Source: Gemmatimonadota bacterium | Lineage (GTDB): Bacteria; Gemmatimonadota; Gemmatimonadetes; JACCXV01; JAHWKZ01 | NCBI GenBank assembly: GCA_035513155.1 | Contig: DATKCO010000022.1 | Location: 18,117-82,116 of the forward strand | Reading direction: 5' to 3' | DNA length: 64,000 nucleotides | Shown: positions 50,010 to 59,063 of the stretch, piece by piece | Layout: each line of letters opens with the position of its first letter | Numbering within the stretch: the first letter of the stretch is position 1 | Program-made: the position numbers and the translations under genes | Notes under the pieces: model-generated | The model's input: only the letters and a program-made list of their open reading frames with translations | Databases searched by the model: none | Told to the model about the DNA's origin: nothing

Positions 50010-51307
50010 GCCCGCGGGGACGCACGCTCCTGCCGGCGGCGGTGGCGCTCGCGGCGGTGGCGCTGGTGCCGAACGCGACGCGCGCCCAGGAGATCGCGAT
50101 CGTCGGCGGCACCGTCCATCCGGTCAGCGGACCGCCGATCGAGAACGCGACGGTCCTGATCCGCGACGGGCGCATCGTAGCGGTCGGCGCCGATGTCGCG
50201 GTCCCGGACGCCGCGCGCCGCATCGACGCGCGCGGCAAGGTCGTCACGCCGGGCCTCTTCGTTCCCTACTCCCAGCTCGGCCTCGTCGAGGTCGACCTGG
50301 TCGGCCAGACGCGCGACGAGCGGATGCAGGACGACCAGGTCACGCCGGCGTTCGACCCGGTCGCGGGCCTCAACCCCCGCTCCACGCTGATCCCGTTCGC
50401 GCGCTCGGGAGGGCTGACGACCGCGGTCGCGGCGCCGAGCGGCGGGCTGATCGCCGGACTGGCCTCGGTCATCGACCTGGCGGGGGACACGCCGGCCGGG
50501 ATGCTGGTCGCCCGCCGGGTGGCGATGATGGCGGACTTCGACGAAGGCGCGGCCGCCGCGGTCGGCGGCTCGCGCGGAGCCGCCGCTCTCCGCCTCCGCG
50601 AGGCGCTCGAGGACGCCCGCTTCTGGGCGGCGCGCCGGGCCGCTTTCGACCGCGGCGAGTCGCGGGAGCTCACCCAGTCCCGGCTCGACCTCGCGGCCCT
50701 CCAGCCCGTGCTGGCGGGCGAGATCCCGCTCGTCGTCGAAGCACACCGGGCGAGCGACATCCTCGCCGTCCTCGACATCGCGGCGGAGTTCGGCCTGCGG
50801 CCGGTGATCCTGGGGGGCACGGAGGCGTGGATGGTCGCCGGGGCGCTGGCCGCGGAGGCGGTGCCGGTCATCCTCAAGCCCCGGACCAGCCTGCCGAGCG
50901 GCTTCGAGCGGCTGGGCGCGCGGTTCGACAACGCGGCCCTGCTGGCGGCGGCGGAGGTCCCGATCGCGTTCACGCCGTTCGAGAACCACCGCGCGGGCGA
51001 GATCACGCAGGAGGCCGGCAACGCGGTCCGGTGGGGACTCTCCTGGGAGGAGGCGTTGCGAGCGGTGACGCTGACGCCGGCGGAGATCTACGGGGTATCC
51101 GACCGCTACGGGTCGCTGGCGCCTGGGCGGGTGGCCAACGTCGTCGTGTGGAGTGGCGACCCGCTCGAGCTCTCGACCCGTGCCGAGACCGTCCTCGTCC
51201 GCGGCCGGGTCATGCCCGACTGGTCGCGCCAGAAGGAGCTCCTCGAGCGGTACCGCGCCCTCGACGACGCGCCACGTCCGGCCTACGACGTGCCTGGAAG
51301 CCGGTAG
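50006..51307 (+). CDS. Secreted amidohydrolase family protein (paralogue)
   Basis: ATGA overlap with the upstream gene. Signal peptide MSPRGRTLLPAAVALAAVALVPNATRAQ. Amidohydrolase-like N-terminal beta domain (IAIVGGTVHPVSGPPIENATVLIRDGRIVAVG). The HxH motif is not obvious. Confidence 0.75.
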   Translation: MSPRGRTLLPAAVALAAVALVPNATRAQEIAIVGGTVHPVSGPPIENATVLIRDGRIVAVGADVAVPDAARRIDARGKVVTPGLFVPYSQLGLVEVDLVGQTRDERMQDDQVTPAFDPVAGLNPRSTLIPFARSGGLTTAVAAPSGGLIAGLASVIDLAGDTPAGMLVARRVAMMADFDEGAAAAVGGSRGAAALRLREALEDARFWAARRAAFDRGESRELTQSRLDLAALQPVLAGEIPLVVEAHRASDILAVLDIAAEFGLRPVILGGTEAWMVAGALAAEAVPVILKPRTSLPSGFERLGARFDNAALLAAAEVPIAFTPFENHRAGEITQEAGNAVRWGLSWEEALRAVTLTPAEIYGVSDRYGSLAPGRVANVVVWSGDPLELSTRAETVLVRGRVMPDWSRQKELLERYRALDDAPRPAYDVPGSR

Positions 51308-51319
51308 CGAACGAGCCGC

Positions 51320-51336
51320 GGGAGCGGACCGCTCCC
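51320..51336 (+). terminator. Weak candidate terminator hairpin
   Basis: GGGAGCG-GAC-CGCTCCC lies 13 nt after the amidohydrolase stop. The stem is short and there is no U-tract. Confidence 0.25.
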
Positions 51337-51547
51337 CCGGAACCAGAGTGCGAGCGAGCCGACGCGCTCAGTTTCCCCGTGCCGCGGCCAGGAGCTCGCT
51401 CGCCGTCCTGGGCCCACCCGCGCACGTATCGTGGTGCTCAAGCGGGGCGCCGATTGAACGAATGCGCCGGCGTACGCGTCCAATCCCGGGTCTTCGTCCA
51501 CAGCGGTCCTCGCCCCGCATCCGCGGTATACTCCATCCGAGCATGCC

Positions 51548-52837
51548 ATGCGTCGACATCTCGCCCTCCTGCTCGTCCCGGTCCTGATCTCCGGATTCGC
51601 TCGGTCCGCCCGCGCCCAGGAGACGGTCACGCTCGCCGAGGCGGTGCGTCTGGCGCTCGAGCGGAGCCCGGACGCGGTCGGGGCGCGCGGATCGACCCGG
51701 GTGGCCCAGGCCGGGGTGCTCGAGGCCCGCGGGGCCTGGCTACCGTCGCTCATCGCCAACTCCACCTACTCGAACTCCAGCAACGAGCGGTTCGACCAGT
51801 CCACCGGACGACTCGTCTCCGAGAGCTACACGGCCCAGGTGCAGGCCGGCTACGATCTCTTCACGGGCGGCCGCAAGGTCGCCACGTGGCAGGCCGCCTC
51901 CGCCGCCCTGCGCGCCGCCGAGGCCCGCGAACGCGGCCAGCGCTACGACACGATCCTCGACACGACGATCGTCTTCTACCAGGCGGCGGCCGCCGAGGAG
52001 CTCCTGGTGGCGGCCCGCCAGCGGCTCGAGCGGGCGACCCGGCAGCAGGAGTTCGCCGAGACCCGGCGGCTGGTCGGGACCGCCACGCGCTCCGACGCCC
52101 TCCGCGCCGAGCTCGAGAAGGCGGACGCGGAGCTCGCGGTGATCGACGCGGAGGCCCAGCTCCGGACCGCACGCCTGGCGCTCGGGCGCCAGGTCGGCCG
52201 GCCGGGAGCCGTCCAACCCGCCCCGGGCGCACTCCCCGAGGAGCCCCCCGCCGTCCCGCCCCTCGAGACCCTGATCGAGCGCGCCGAGGCCAGCTCGCCC
52301 GACGCGGTCGCGGCTCGCGCGGAGCTCGACCGGGCCGGGAGCGTGAAGCTCCAGGCGTGGAGCCAGTACTCCCCCTCGCTCCGGCTGACCGGCGGCTACG
52401 ACTGGTTCTCGTTCGAGTGGCCGCCGGACCAGGAGAGCTGGAGCGTCCGGCTGACCGCGTCGCTCCCGATCTTCAACGGCTTCTCGCGCGAGGCCCAGGT
52501 CGCGCGCGCGGAGGCGGACCGGCGGACGGCCGAGGCCGAGGCGCGCGACGCCGCCCTGCTGGCGCGGGCGGCGGTCGAAGACGCCGCGGGCCAGATCGAG
52601 ACCACCGCACGGCGGATCGAGATCGCGGCCCGGGCTCTCGAGCTCGCGCGCGAGGACCTGCGGGTGATCGAGGAGCGCTATCAGCTGGGGGCGTCGACGA
52701 TCCTCGACCTCCAGACGTCGCAGGTCGCGCTGGCAGAAACCGAGGTCGGCTGGGTGCGCGCGCGCCAGGAGCTGGGGGTCGCGGTGGCGGCCCTCGAGGC
52801 TGAGCTCGGGGAGCCCCTGAGAGAGGTCGGGCCGTGA
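51548..52837 (+). CDS. TolC-family outer-membrane efflux protein
   Basis: Signal peptide, duplicated alpha/beta repeat organisation, and typical LxEAVxLAL, ARxxLxxAxxxY-type helices. Confidence 0.85.
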   Translation: MRRHLALLLVPVLISGFARSARAQETVTLAEAVRLALERSPDAVGARGSTRVAQAGVLEARGAWLPSLIANSTYSNSSNERFDQSTGRLVSESYTAQVQAGYDLFTGGRKVATWQAASAALRAAEARERGQRYDTILDTTIVFYQAAAAEELLVAARQRLERATRQQEFAETRRLVGTATRSDALRAELEKADAELAVIDAEAQLRTARLALGRQVGRPGAVQPAPGALPEEPPAVPPLETLIERAEASSPDAVAARAELDRAGSVKLQAWSQYSPSLRLTGGYDWFSFEWPPDQESWSVRLTASLPIFNGFSREAQVARAEADRRTAEAEARDAALLARAAVEDAAGQIETTARRIEIAARALELAREDLRVIEERYQLGASTILDLQTSQVALAETEVGWVRARQELGVAVAALEAELGEPLREVGP

Positions 52838-53970
52838 CCCGGCGCATGGACCACACCCGGCGCGGGCGGCGGCTGCTGCCGGCCGCCGTCATGGCGATCG
52901 CCCTCGCGGCATCTCTCTCCTGCGGCGAGGACGAATCCCCGGCGGCGGGCCCGGGCGGGCCTGGTGGCCCGCGCGTCTCGGTGGTCGAGACGGCCTCGGT
53001 CGAGAGCGGTCCGATCGCCCGGCAGGTCGAGGTGACCGGGGTCGTCCAGCCCATCCGGACGGTCAGCGTCAACAGCCAGCTCGCCACCACCGTGCGGGCG
53101 ATGCTGGCCGAAGAAGGAGACCGCGTGGCCGCCGGCACCGTGCTCGCCCGGCTGGAGGACGCGGAGCTGGCCGTCGAGCTGGTGAGCGAGCGCGCCGCCC
53201 TGCAAGCGGCCCGGGCCGCGTTCGAGCGCGCCGAGCAGCTCCGCGAGCGAGAGGTGATCACGCTGCCGGAGTACGAGCGCGACCGCACGGCACTGGCCGC
53301 GGCCGAGGCCGCGGTCCGCCGCCTCGAGACCCGCGTCGCCTACGCCACCATCCGCTCACCGATCGCGGGCGTCGTCACCGCCAAGTACGTCGAGGCCGGA
53401 GACGTCGTCGGGGCGCAGACCCCGCTCTTCGAAGTCGCCGACATCTCCACGCTGGTCGTGCCGATCGGCGTCTCCGAGCTCGACGTCGCGCGGCTGTCTC
53501 CGGGCGACGTGGTCGAGATCACGCTCGACGCGCTCCCCGACCGGCCGTTGACCGGCCGCATCCGCCGCATCTTCCCCGCCGGCGATCCCGCCACGCGCCT
53601 CGTCCCCGTCGAGATCGCGCTCGAGCCCGGCAGCACGGCCCGGCCCGGCTACCTGGCGCGTGTGTCGCTCCGCCTCGAGGAGCGGGAGTCCGTCCCCATC
53701 ATCCCCGCCAGCGCGATCCTGACCGGTGTCGGCGGCGACGAGTCCACGTTCGTCGTCGAGGACGGGAAGGCCTTCCGGCGCACGGTGGAGACGGGCCTCG
53801 TTTCGAAGGGCCGGGTCGAGGTCGTCCGTGGCCTCCGCCCCGGCGAGATCGTGGTCGTGTCGGGTGGCTCTTCGCTGCGCGAGGGCGCGGCGGTGCGGTC
53901 GGTCGGGGATCCGCCCGCGGCCGCGGAGGCCCCGGCGGATTCGGCGGGCGCCGGGAGGCCGGGATCGTGA
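52834..53970 (+). CDS. Efflux RND transporter periplasmic adaptor subunit
   Basis: Lipobox LAASLSCG, a coiled-coil hairpin, and the IRSPIAGVV lipoyl-like motif. GTGA overlap with the tolC-like stop. Confidence 0.85.
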   Translation: MTRRMDHTRRGRRLLPAAVMAIALAASLSCGEDESPAAGPGGPGGPRVSVVETASVESGPIARQVEVTGVVQPIRTVSVNSQLATTVRAMLAEEGDRVAAGTVLARLEDAELAVELVSERAALQAARAAFERAEQLREREVITLPEYERDRTALAAAEAAVRRLETRVAYATIRSPIAGVVTAKYVEAGDVVGAQTPLFEVADISTLVVPIGVSELDVARLSPGDVVEITLDALPDRPLTGRIRRIFPAGDPATRLVPVEIALEPGSTARPGYLARVSLRLEERESVPIIPASAILTGVGGDESTFVVEDGKAFRRTVETGLVSKGRVEVVRGLRPGEIVVVSGGSSLREGAAVRSVGDPPAAAEAPADSAGAGRPGS

Positions 53971-56900
53971 GCGACCGGCGGAGCGGGATTCCGAGCTGGG
54001 CGATCCGGCGTCCCATCGGGACCGTGATGCTCGCCATGGTGGCGATCGTGCTCGGCCTGTTCTTCCTCGGCAAGCTCCCGATCGACCTCCTACCGAGCAT
54101 CGTCTATCCCCAGATCCGGGCGTCGGTCAGCAATCCCGGCGTGGCGCCGGAGGTCATGGAGGAGACGATCGCCAAGCCGCTCGAGGCCGCACTCGCGCCC
54201 ACCGAGGATCTCGAGGGGATCGAGACCGAGGTCCAGGAGGGCCAGGTCGGCGTCAACCTCCACTTCGCCTACAGCGCCAACATGGACTTCGCGCTGCAGG
54301 ACGCCTCCAAGAACCTGGAGCGCGCGCGGGGCGGCCTGCCGGAGGAAGCGAACCCCCCGTCGATCTTCAAGTTCGATCCCGCGCAGATCCCGATCTTCGA
54401 GGTCGGCTTCAGCTCCGCCGGCCGCGACCTGGTCTCGCTACGCGACTGGGTGGAGACGCAACTCCGTCCGCGGCTGCTCACGGTCGGCGGCGTCGCTTCG
54501 GTCGACGTCGCCGGCGGACTCGAGCGCGAGATCCAGGTGGTGCTCGACCAGGAGCGCCTCCAGAGCTACGGCCTGACGATCGCGGGCGTGATCGACGCCC
54601 TCCGCGCGGGCAACCAGGACGTGGCCGCCGGCGTCGTCTCCTCGGATCAATGGGAGGTCGTCGGGAAGACCGCTGGGAAGTTCCGCAGCGTGCTGGAGAT
54701 CCGCGAGCTGCCGCTGGAGATCACGGGGGGCGGGCGGATCCCGCTCGCCGAGGTCGCCGAAGTGCGCGACACGCATCCCGAACAGCGGCTGTGGGCGCGT
54801 CTCGACGGGACGCCCGCGGTCAAGCTGTCGATCCGCAAGCAGCCCGACGCCAACACCGTCCGCGTGGCCGAGGAGGTGGAGAAGCGGCTCGCGGATCTCT
54901 CGTCCTCCGGCTTCGTCCCCGGCGACATCGACTTCGAGGTCATCCAGAACCAGGCCGACTTCATCGACGCCTCGATCTCGTCGGTGCGGAACGCCGCCCT
55001 CGTGGGCGCCTTCCTGGCGATGGTCGTGGTCCTGCTCTTCCTCGGATCGCTCCGCAAGACGTTCATCATCGGCACCGCGATCCCGCTCGCCATCCTCGCC
55101 ACGTTCGTGATGATGGGGACCGGCAACCTGACCCTCAACATCATGACGCTGGGCGGGCTGGCGCTGGGGGTCGGGCTCCTCATCGACAACTCGATCGTCA
55201 TGCTGGAGAACATCTTCCGACATCGCGACGAAGAGGGTCGTGACCCGGAGGATGCCGCCCACACGGGCGCCGGCGAGGTGCAGAGCGCGGTCATCGCGGC
55301 CACGATCACGAACCTCGCGGCGGTGGTCCCGTTCCTCCTCGTGAGCGGACTCGCCGCGCTCATCTTCCGCGAGATGATCCTGACGATCTCGTTCGCGATG
55401 CTCGCCTCGCTGAGCGTGGCCCTGACGCTGGTCCCGTCGCTGGCGGCCGTGCTCGGCAAGGTCGAGCGGACGAGCGGCCTCTCCGAATCCCGCGTCCTGC
55501 GCACCGTGGACGGCACGATCCGGCGCCTGCGCGGGATCTACCGCCGGGTCGGGCCGGCGATCGTCCGCCGCCGCGGGCTGACGCTGGGCGCGGCCATCCT
55601 CGCGCTCGTGGGGGTCTGGTTCCTGACCCGCGACCTCGGGAACGAGTTCCTCCCGCAGGTCGACAGCGGGAACGTGGGCGTCTTTCTGCGCCTGGGGCCC
55701 GGCGCCTCGGCCGAGGAGACGAACCGGGTCGCGCTCGAGGTCGAGGAGATCGTCGCCGGGATGCCGCACGTCGAGCACATGTTCACGACCGCCGGCGGCT
55801 TCCTGTGGGGGGGATCGACCTCCGCCAGATCCGGCCGGGGATCGCTCGACATCGTGCTCACGCCCTCCAGCCGGCGCGGGATGAGCGCGGACGCGTGGGT
55901 GCAGGAGCTGCAGCAGCGGATCGACCAGCGCGGCTTCCCGGGTGCGAGGATCTTCGTCCGCCCACCCCGGATCCGCGGTCTCCGCACATCGTCGTCGGGA
56001 GAGTCGGTCGCGATCACGATACAGGGCGACGACCTCGGTGAGCTCAATCGCATCGCCGACGAGGTCATGCGGGAGCTGGACGGGGTCCCGGGGCTGGAGA
56101 ACCTGCAGCCGTCCACCGAGGAGGCGAGCCCGCAGCTGACCGTGCGGCTGGACCGCGAGCGCGCGGCCACGCTCGGACTCGACGTCGCTACGGTGGGCCA
56201 GACCCTGCGCACGGCGCTTGGCGGCACGATCGCGACCCGCTACACGGAAGGAAACCGGGAGTACGACGTGCGGGTGATCCTTCCGCGTGAGCGGTTCACG
56301 AGCTCGGAGGATCTCGAGACCGTGGCCCTGTTCCCCGGCGGCACGGGCGGAGCTCCCATCTATCTGCGCGACGTCGCCTCCGTCTCCTCCGGCCTGGGGC
56401 CGACGAGCATCCTGCGGGAGCAGCAGAACCGGGTTCTGCGGGTGAGCGGCGACGTGCTGACCGACATCGCCCCGGTGGGCGCGGTCAGCGACTCGATCGA
56501 AACCCGCCTGGCGGGATTCCAGCTCCCGGAAGGGTACGGGATCGTGATGGGCGGCGAGGCCGAGGCGATCCGCGAGAACAATCGCCAGCTCCTGATCGTC
56601 ATACTGCTGGCGATCTTCCTCGTCTTCGTCGTGCTGGCGGTGCAGTACGAGAGCCTGACCGATCCGCTCGTCATCCTGCTCGCGATCCCGCTGTCGTTGA
56701 TCGGCGTAGGCCTCGGCCTGTGGATCACCGGCACGCCGCAGAGCGCGCCCGTCCTGCTGGGGGTCATCCTGCTGGCGGGGATCGTGGTCAACAACGCGAT
56801 CCTGCTCGTCGAGTACGCGAACCAGAACCGGCGGCTCGGAGTCTCCCTGGAGGAGGCGGTCGTCGAGGCGGGCGTGATCCGCCTGCGGCCGATCCTCATG

Positions 56901-57206
56901 ACCACGCTGACCACGATGTTCGGCATGCTGCCATTGGCGATCGGCTGGGGCGAGGGCTCCGAGCTCATGCAGCCGCTCGCGATCGCGGTCGTCTCCGGCT
57001 TGCTGTTCTCCATGGCCCTGACCCTGCTGGTCGTACCCGGCGCCTACGTCGGCGTCCACCGCTTCGCGGAGCGGCTGAAGGAATGGATCGTGGGGCGCCG
57101 CGAGGCCGCGGACGACGAGGAGAAGCCGACCGTCGGGGGACCGGCGCCCGCCCCCGCCGGCGCCCGGATGTCGCTCGAGCCGCGCCCCGGTCGGCCTATA
57201 CGTTGA
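53967..57206 (+). CDS. Efflux RND transporter permease (AcrB/HAE family)
   Basis: 1079 aa with 12-TM RND topology and the N-terminus SWAIRRPIGTVMLAMVAIVLG. Conserved TM4-region LGGLALGVGLLIDNSIVMLENI. GTGA overlap with the adaptor stop. Confidence 0.9.
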   Translation: MSDRRSGIPSWAIRRPIGTVMLAMVAIVLGLFFLGKLPIDLLPSIVYPQIRASVSNPGVAPEVMEETIAKPLEAALAPTEDLEGIETEVQEGQVGVNLHFAYSANMDFALQDASKNLERARGGLPEEANPPSIFKFDPAQIPIFEVGFSSAGRDLVSLRDWVETQLRPRLLTVGGVASVDVAGGLEREIQVVLDQERLQSYGLTIAGVIDALRAGNQDVAAGVVSSDQWEVVGKTAGKFRSVLEIRELPLEITGGGRIPLAEVAEVRDTHPEQRLWARLDGTPAVKLSIRKQPDANTVRVAEEVEKRLADLSSSGFVPGDIDFEVIQNQADFIDASISSVRNAALVGAFLAMVVVLLFLGSLRKTFIIGTAIPLAILATFVMMGTGNLTLNIMTLGGLALGVGLLIDNSIVMLENIFRHRDEEGRDPEDAAHTGAGEVQSAVIAATITNLAAVVPFLLVSGLAALIFREMILTISFAMLASLSVALTLVPSLAAVLGKVERTSGLSESRVLRTVDGTIRRLRGIYRRVGPAIVRRRGLTLGAAILALVGVWFLTRDLGNEFLPQVDSGNVGVFLRLGPGASAEETNRVALEVEEIVAGMPHVEHMFTTAGGFLWGGSTSARSGRGSLDIVLTPSSRRGMSADAWVQELQQRIDQRGFPGARIFVRPPRIRGLRTSSSGESVAITIQGDDLGELNRIADEVMRELDGVPGLENLQPSTEEASPQLTVRLDRERAATLGLDVATVGQTLRTALGGTIATRYTEGNREYDVRVILPRERFTSSEDLETVALFPGGTGGAPIYLRDVASVSSGLGPTSILREQQNRVLRVSGDVLTDIAPVGAVSDSIETRLAGFQLPEGYGIVMGGEAEAIRENNRQLLIVILLAIFLVFVVLAVQYESLTDPLVILLAIPLSLIGVGLGLWITGTPQSAPVLLGVILLAGIVVNNAILLVEYANQNRRLGVSLEEAVVEAGVIRLRPILMTTLTTMFGMLPLAIGWGEGSELMQPLAIAVVSGLLFSMALTLLVVPGAYVGVHRFAERLKEWIVGRREAADDEEKPTVGGPAPAPAGARMSLEPRPGRPIR

Positions 57207-58305
57207 ACCGCACGTACGTGATGTCGCCGTCGGCCATCCGGTAGTCCTTTCCCTCGCTCCGCACGAGCCCCATCTCCTTCGCGCGCTGCATCGAGCGTCC
57301 GGCGGTCACGAAGTCGTCCCAACCCACGATCTCGGCGCGGATGAACCCGCGTGCCATGTCGGTGTGGATCGCCCCCGCCGCTTCGACCGCCGTGTCGCCG
57401 CGATGGATCGTCCAGGCCCGGACCTCCTTGGGCCCGGCGGTGAAGAAGGTCAGCAGCCCGAGCAGGTCGTGGGCCGCGTGGATCACCCGCCGGAGGCCCG
57501 ACTCGGGTAGCCCGATGTCGGCAAGGAAGGCGTGTCGATCCTCGCGGGGAAGCGTGGCGAGCTCCGCCTCGAGATCGCCGCAGACGGCCACCAGTCCCGC
57601 TCCCTCGGCGGCCGCCGCCGCGGCGAGCGCGGACACCGCCGGAACCGAGCCGGGGTCGGCCACCGCCGCCGCGACATCGGATTCGGAGACGTTGGCCGCG
57701 TAGATGACCGGCTTCCGGGTCAACAGGCCATACGACCGCACCGCCTCCTCCTCGGCCGCCGTCAGCGGGACCGTCCGGGCGGGGCGGCCCGCGCGCAGCG
57801 CATCGACCAGCTTCTCGAGGCCGGCCTGCTCGGCCAACAGCTCCTTGCGCCCTGTCTGGACCTGCTTCGACACCCGTTCGTGCCGCTTCTCGACCACCTG
57901 CAGGTCGGCCAGCGCGAGCTCGGTGTCGATGATCTCCTTGTCCCGCAGGGGATCGACGCCGCCGTAGACGTGGACAACGTCGGTGGACGGGAAACAGCGC
58001 ACGATGTGGACGATGGCGTCGACCTGGCGGATGTGGCTCAGGAACTGGTTCCCCAGCCCCTCTCCCGCGCTCGCGCCCTCGACGAGCCCGGCGATGTCGA
58101 GGAATTCGATGGCCGTGGGCGTCACCCGATCTGGTGAGAAAGCTTCGGCCAGCACGTCCAGTCGCTCGTCGGGGACGGCCACCACGCCGACGTTCGGGTC
58201 GATCGTGGAGAACGGGTAGTTCGCCGCCTGCGCCCCGGCCGCGGTCAGGGCGTTGAACAGGGTCGACTTCCCCACGTTGGGGAGTCCCACGATGCCGACC
58301 TGCAT
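57196..58305 (-). CDS. ychF: Redox-regulated ribosome-binding ATPase YchF
   Basis: MQVGIVGLPNVGKSTLFNALT, a TGS domain, and C-terminal GKDYRMADGDITYVRFNV. Confidence 0.95.
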   Translation of the reverse strand: MQVGIVGLPNVGKSTLFNALTAAGAQAANYPFSTIDPNVGVVAVPDERLDVLAEAFSPDRVTPTAIEFLDIAGLVEGASAGEGLGNQFLSHIRQVDAIVHIVRCFPSTDVVHVYGGVDPLRDKEIIDTELALADLQVVEKRHERVSKQVQTGRKELLAEQAGLEKLVDALRAGRPARTVPLTAAEEEAVRSYGLLTRKPVIYAANVSESDVAAAVADPGSVPAVSALAAAAAAEGAGLVAVCGDLEAELATLPREDRHAFLADIGLPESGLRRVIHAAHDLLGLLTFFTAGPKEVRAWTIHRGDTAVEAAGAIHTDMARGFIRAEIVGWDDFVTAGRSMQRAKEMGLVRSEGKDYRMADGDITYVRFNV

Positions 58306-58389
58306 GGGCGGAGGATCCTGGTGGAAGTGGAGGGATGGCCCGCGAGCCGCGGCCGGTCGGACTGGACGCGGGTCAGTATACCCCGCCGA

Positions 58390-58839
58390 TCAGGGTGCGG
58401 AAAGGCCGTCCGGCGCGGTGGCGCCGTCTTCCCCCAGCGCGGACTCGAGCATCGCTCCCACCATCTTGAGGATACGGTCCCCGTCCTTCCGACTCGACGC
58501 CCGGTCGAGGCGCTGGGCCAGGTCGGCCACCGCGGGACGACGGACGTCGGGGGTCTCGGACCAAGGGGTTCTCCGATGGTCGTACCCGATCGCCTGGATC
58601 AGCATCCGTCTCGTCACGTCGTCGCGCCGGGCGAGCTCGACGGCATACGTCAGCGGCTGGAGGCGGTCTCCCGACTCCCACTTCATCAGCGTCTTGTCGG
58701 ACACGCGGGCCAGGTCCCGGCACGCGTCCTTGAGCGAGAGATCCAGATGGCTCCGGCCGACCGCCAGTGCGGCACCCAGCCAGCTCTCGAGCCACTCGGG
58801 CCCGCCCTCGGGAACGCGTGAGACGAGTTCCTCCCCCAT
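58390..58839 (-). CDS. Putative helix-turn-helix (XRE-like) protein
   Basis: The ATG at 58839 is preceded by AGGAGG at 5 nt. LSLKDACRDLARVSDKTLMKWESGDRLQPLTYAVELA resembles an HTH_XRE segment. Weak assignment. Confidence 0.55.
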   Translation of the reverse strand: MGEELVSRVPEGGPEWLESWLGAALAVGRSHLDLSLKDACRDLARVSDKTLMKWESGDRLQPLTYAVELARRDDVTRRMLIQAIGYDHRRTPWSETPDVRRPAVADLAQRLDRASSRKDGDRILKMVGAMLESALGEDGATAPDGLSAP

Positions 58840-58930
58840 CTGACCTCCTGGACGCCGGGACGAGAGTCCTCCTTGACCACCGAGAAGGTAAAGACGTCGG
58901 AGGATTCCCACAACGGGCGTAGGTTCAGGC

Positions 58931-59063
58931 CCGTTGGCGGATCTCCTGGTCAGGAACGATGAGCGGGGTCGAGGCGCGCGACGAGGGAGGCCGGGGCGCA
59001 CTGAAAGGTGCGCCGCAGGCCCGCCCGAGGAGCGCAACGAAGAGATCGCCCGTTTTCAGCCGT
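58931..59063 (+). repeat. Copy D (degenerate left arm) of the ~120-nt repeat
   Basis: Blocks GAGGCGCGCGACG (58971-58983) and GAGGAGCGCAACG (59027-59039). Hairpin GGCGCAC-TGAAAG-GTGCGCC (58995-59014). The right arm CCCGTTTTCAGCCGT abuts the hppA stop (59064). The left arm is replaced, but GGCGGATCTC (58936-58945) can still pair with GAGATCGCC (59042-59050). Confidence 0.65.
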
